Positions 61,567 through 64,000 of a DNA stretch of 64,000 bases are shown piece by piece. Position 1 is the first letter of the stretch. Each line of letters starts with the position of its first letter. Made by a program: the position numbers and the translations under genes. Source of the stretch: Octopus sinensis (Eukaryota); NCBI RefSeq assembly GCF_006345805.1, contig NC_043021.1:10478001-10542000 (forward strand). Reading direction: 5' to 3'. The notes beneath the pieces were generated by a model that saw only the letters and a program-made list of their open reading frames with translations, was not told where the DNA came from and did no database searches.

Positions 61567-61952
61567 TAGGTGCAGATGTGGCTGTGTGGCAAGAAGCGTG
61601 TTTCCCAACCACATGGTTCCAGGTTCTGTCCTGCTATGTGCCACCTTGGGCAAGTGTCTTCTACTATAGCCTTGGGCCAACCAAAGCCTTGTGAGTGGAT
61701 TGGTAGATGGAAACTGAAAGAAGCCTGTTATATATATATGTGTGTGTGTATAAATATATATGTATGTGTCTTTGTGTTTGTTCCCCCCATCACCACTTGA
61801 CAATCGTTGTTGGTGTGTTTATGTCCATATAACCTAGTGGTTTAGCATGACAAGACTTCTTTCAGTAGAAGACACAAACCCAAGGTGCCACACAGTGGGA
61901 CTGAACTCAGAACCATGTGGTTGTGAAGCAAGCTTCTTACCCAACAGCCACG
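61567..61952. mobile_element. SINE A (plus, to ~61840) with an inverted SINE A head fragment (61855-61952)
   Basis: Family A motifs in both orientations. Confidence 0.75.
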
Positions 61953-62699
61953 TTGGTGTTAGTTTTCTTTTCTGAAGATCTTACCTGGAATTATTATATT
62001 TGATCCATTGCTAAACTTACTATGATGAAGGTTGAAACGCAGATATTAAATGACGATGATGATGATGCCGCTGCTTTCCCTGAAATACTGAATCATTAAT
62101 TAATTAAGCTGAACATCAATTACATCAATTGCACCAGTTTCGAAGTCTGATCTGTGAGGTTCTTGGGTATTGCTTCCTTTTCTGATCTCACTTACTACAA
62201 GTGCAGAGAAAGAGAGGGGGGAGGGAGAGAAAAGGAAGATTTATGAATGAGTAAGTAGGAGAATGGGAAGAAGAGACAGATGGGGGTGGTGGTGTTTCAG
62301 TGTTGAGAGACGAAGAAGGAAGGAAAATGCATGAATGTATACTTGCACGTGTATATCAGCTGTTTTGAAGATATACACACAGTTCTTATAAACAATTTTC
62401 TGTTACCTTGGCAGTGTCTTGTTTTTCTCTTGGCTTTATCATTTCTATCTTTTTTCTGCTTTTTTTTCTTCTTTGGTTTATAAACATATCCTTTTGTTTC
62501 AATTTTGTAATCTTTCTTTCAGTTATTGCTGTTGTGTGGGAGTTGACTGCACTGAGATGAACTCTGTCTGTTAGCTCCACTATAAACCAGCAACGATCAC
62601 AATAGATTGGGTTTTTTTCTTTAAATATTTATTCGCCTGAGGAGCAGGGTTATTCTCCACAGACCCTTTGTAAAAAAAATTTTTAACCTTAGATTGCGT

Positions 62700-63545
62700 A
62701 CCAACCACATGGTTCTGGATTCATTCCCACTGCATGGCATCTTGGGCAAGTGTCTTCTACTGTAGCCTCGGGCTGACTAAAGCCTTGTGGGTGGATTTGG
62801 TAGACAGAAACTGAAAGGAGCCTGTCGTATATATGTATACATATGTATGTGTGTGTATATGTTTGTGTGTCTGTGTTTGTCTCCCAAACATCGCTTGACA
62901 GCCGATGCTGGTGTGCTTACGTCCCCGTAACTTAGCGGTTTGGTTAAAGAGACCAATAGAATAAGTACTAGGCTTACAAAGAATAAGTCCTGGGGTTGAT
63001 TTGCTTGACTAAAGGCGGTGCTCCAGCATGGCCGCAGTCAAATGACTGAAACAAGTAAAAAAGTAACCCTTTGACTGTGTAATTAAATTTCAAGGTCACT
63101 CTCTTAATGATGATAATTATCCACTTAAAAAATATTTTCTGCCATAGGCATGGCTGTGTGTTAAGAAGCTTGCTTTCCAACCACATGGTTCTGGGTTCAG
63201 TCCCATTGTGTGCCAACTTATGCAAGTGTCTTTTACCATAGCCTCGAGCTGCCCAAAGCCTTGTGAATGGATTTGGTAGATGGAAACTGAAAAAAACCTG
63301 TCATTTATGTGTGTGTGTGTGTGTATGTGAATTTCTCTCTGTTTGTCCTCTACCACTACTTGACAACCAGTGTTGGTATGTTTACATTCTTGTGACTTAG
63401 CAGTTCGGCAAAAAAGACCAATAGAATAAGTACCAGGCTTTAAAAAAAAAAACTTAAGTCCTGGGGTTGATTTGTTCAACTAAATCCCTTGAAGGCAGTG
63501 CCCTAGCATGTCCACAGTGAAATGACTGAAGCAAGTAAGAGATAA
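62700..63545 (+). mobile_element. Two SINE family A copies (62700-63066, 63146-63545)
   Basis: Family A architecture. Confidence 0.85.
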
Positions 63546-64000
63546 AATACTCTTTCAGTATCTCCTGTGGGTATGGTTTCCATAGCCACCCCTAAAAGTA
63601 TTTGATTCTTGCTCTGTAAAGGGATATTTGATGAAGTATGTGAAAAAATTAAGGTAATCCAACAGACTGTCCCTGGAGGTGTTTCTTTTCTGCCTCTCGA
63701 AGCATAATTTTTTTTTTTCTTTTATATATTTCGGTCATTAGATTGTGGCCATGCAGGGGCTCTTCCTTGAAAAATTGACCCCAAAACTTATTGTTTATTT
63801 TTTAAAGCCTGGTACTTACTGTTGGTCTTTTTTTTTTTTTTGCTGAATTACCATATGGAGTTATCTCCCTTCACACAAAAGATTTTTTTTTTTATATATA
63901 TACTGGTTACAGCCGTACGTTGAGGCCATGCCTGTGACACTGTCTTTGAAAAGTATACATCGTCTCAATTAAAGATTATTTCTACATATGTATGAAAAGA

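Overview
AT-rich eukaryotic DNA, most likely an octopus (coleoid cephalopod) genome, inferred from the SINE/RTE repertoire and microsatellite load rather than proven. The window is almost all intron of one + strand gene, an ACAP/centaurin-beta Arf-GAP. I found only three small BAR-domain exons (27696-27753, 37351-37409, 41312-41372; 178 nt in total), and not the first exon or the next downstream exon. The rest is stacked transposable elements: at least three tRNA-derived SINE families; RTE, CR1, jockey-group, R4/Dong-like and Penelope-like fragments; piggyBac-type TTAA MITEs; mariner, Tc1, pogo and hAT derivatives; Helitron/Helentron elements; and mini/microsatellites. The top finding is a 76-bp-stem palindrome at 61312-61469 made of two back-to-back minimal type I hammerhead-ribozyme motifs, one per strand, of the kind carried by Penelope-like elements. 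Ribozyme activity is untested. Also notable: a poly(A)-tailed GC-rich insert of 165-bp monomers splitting a MITE, and ordered double-hairpin arrays in RTE 3' ends. No CRISPR array or bona fide tRNA/rRNA gene was found. Most long ORFs in the track are repeat artefacts. Coordinates are hand-counted; degenerate repeat boundaries are approximate (about +/-10-20 bp). Family names come from motif recognition, not database searches.
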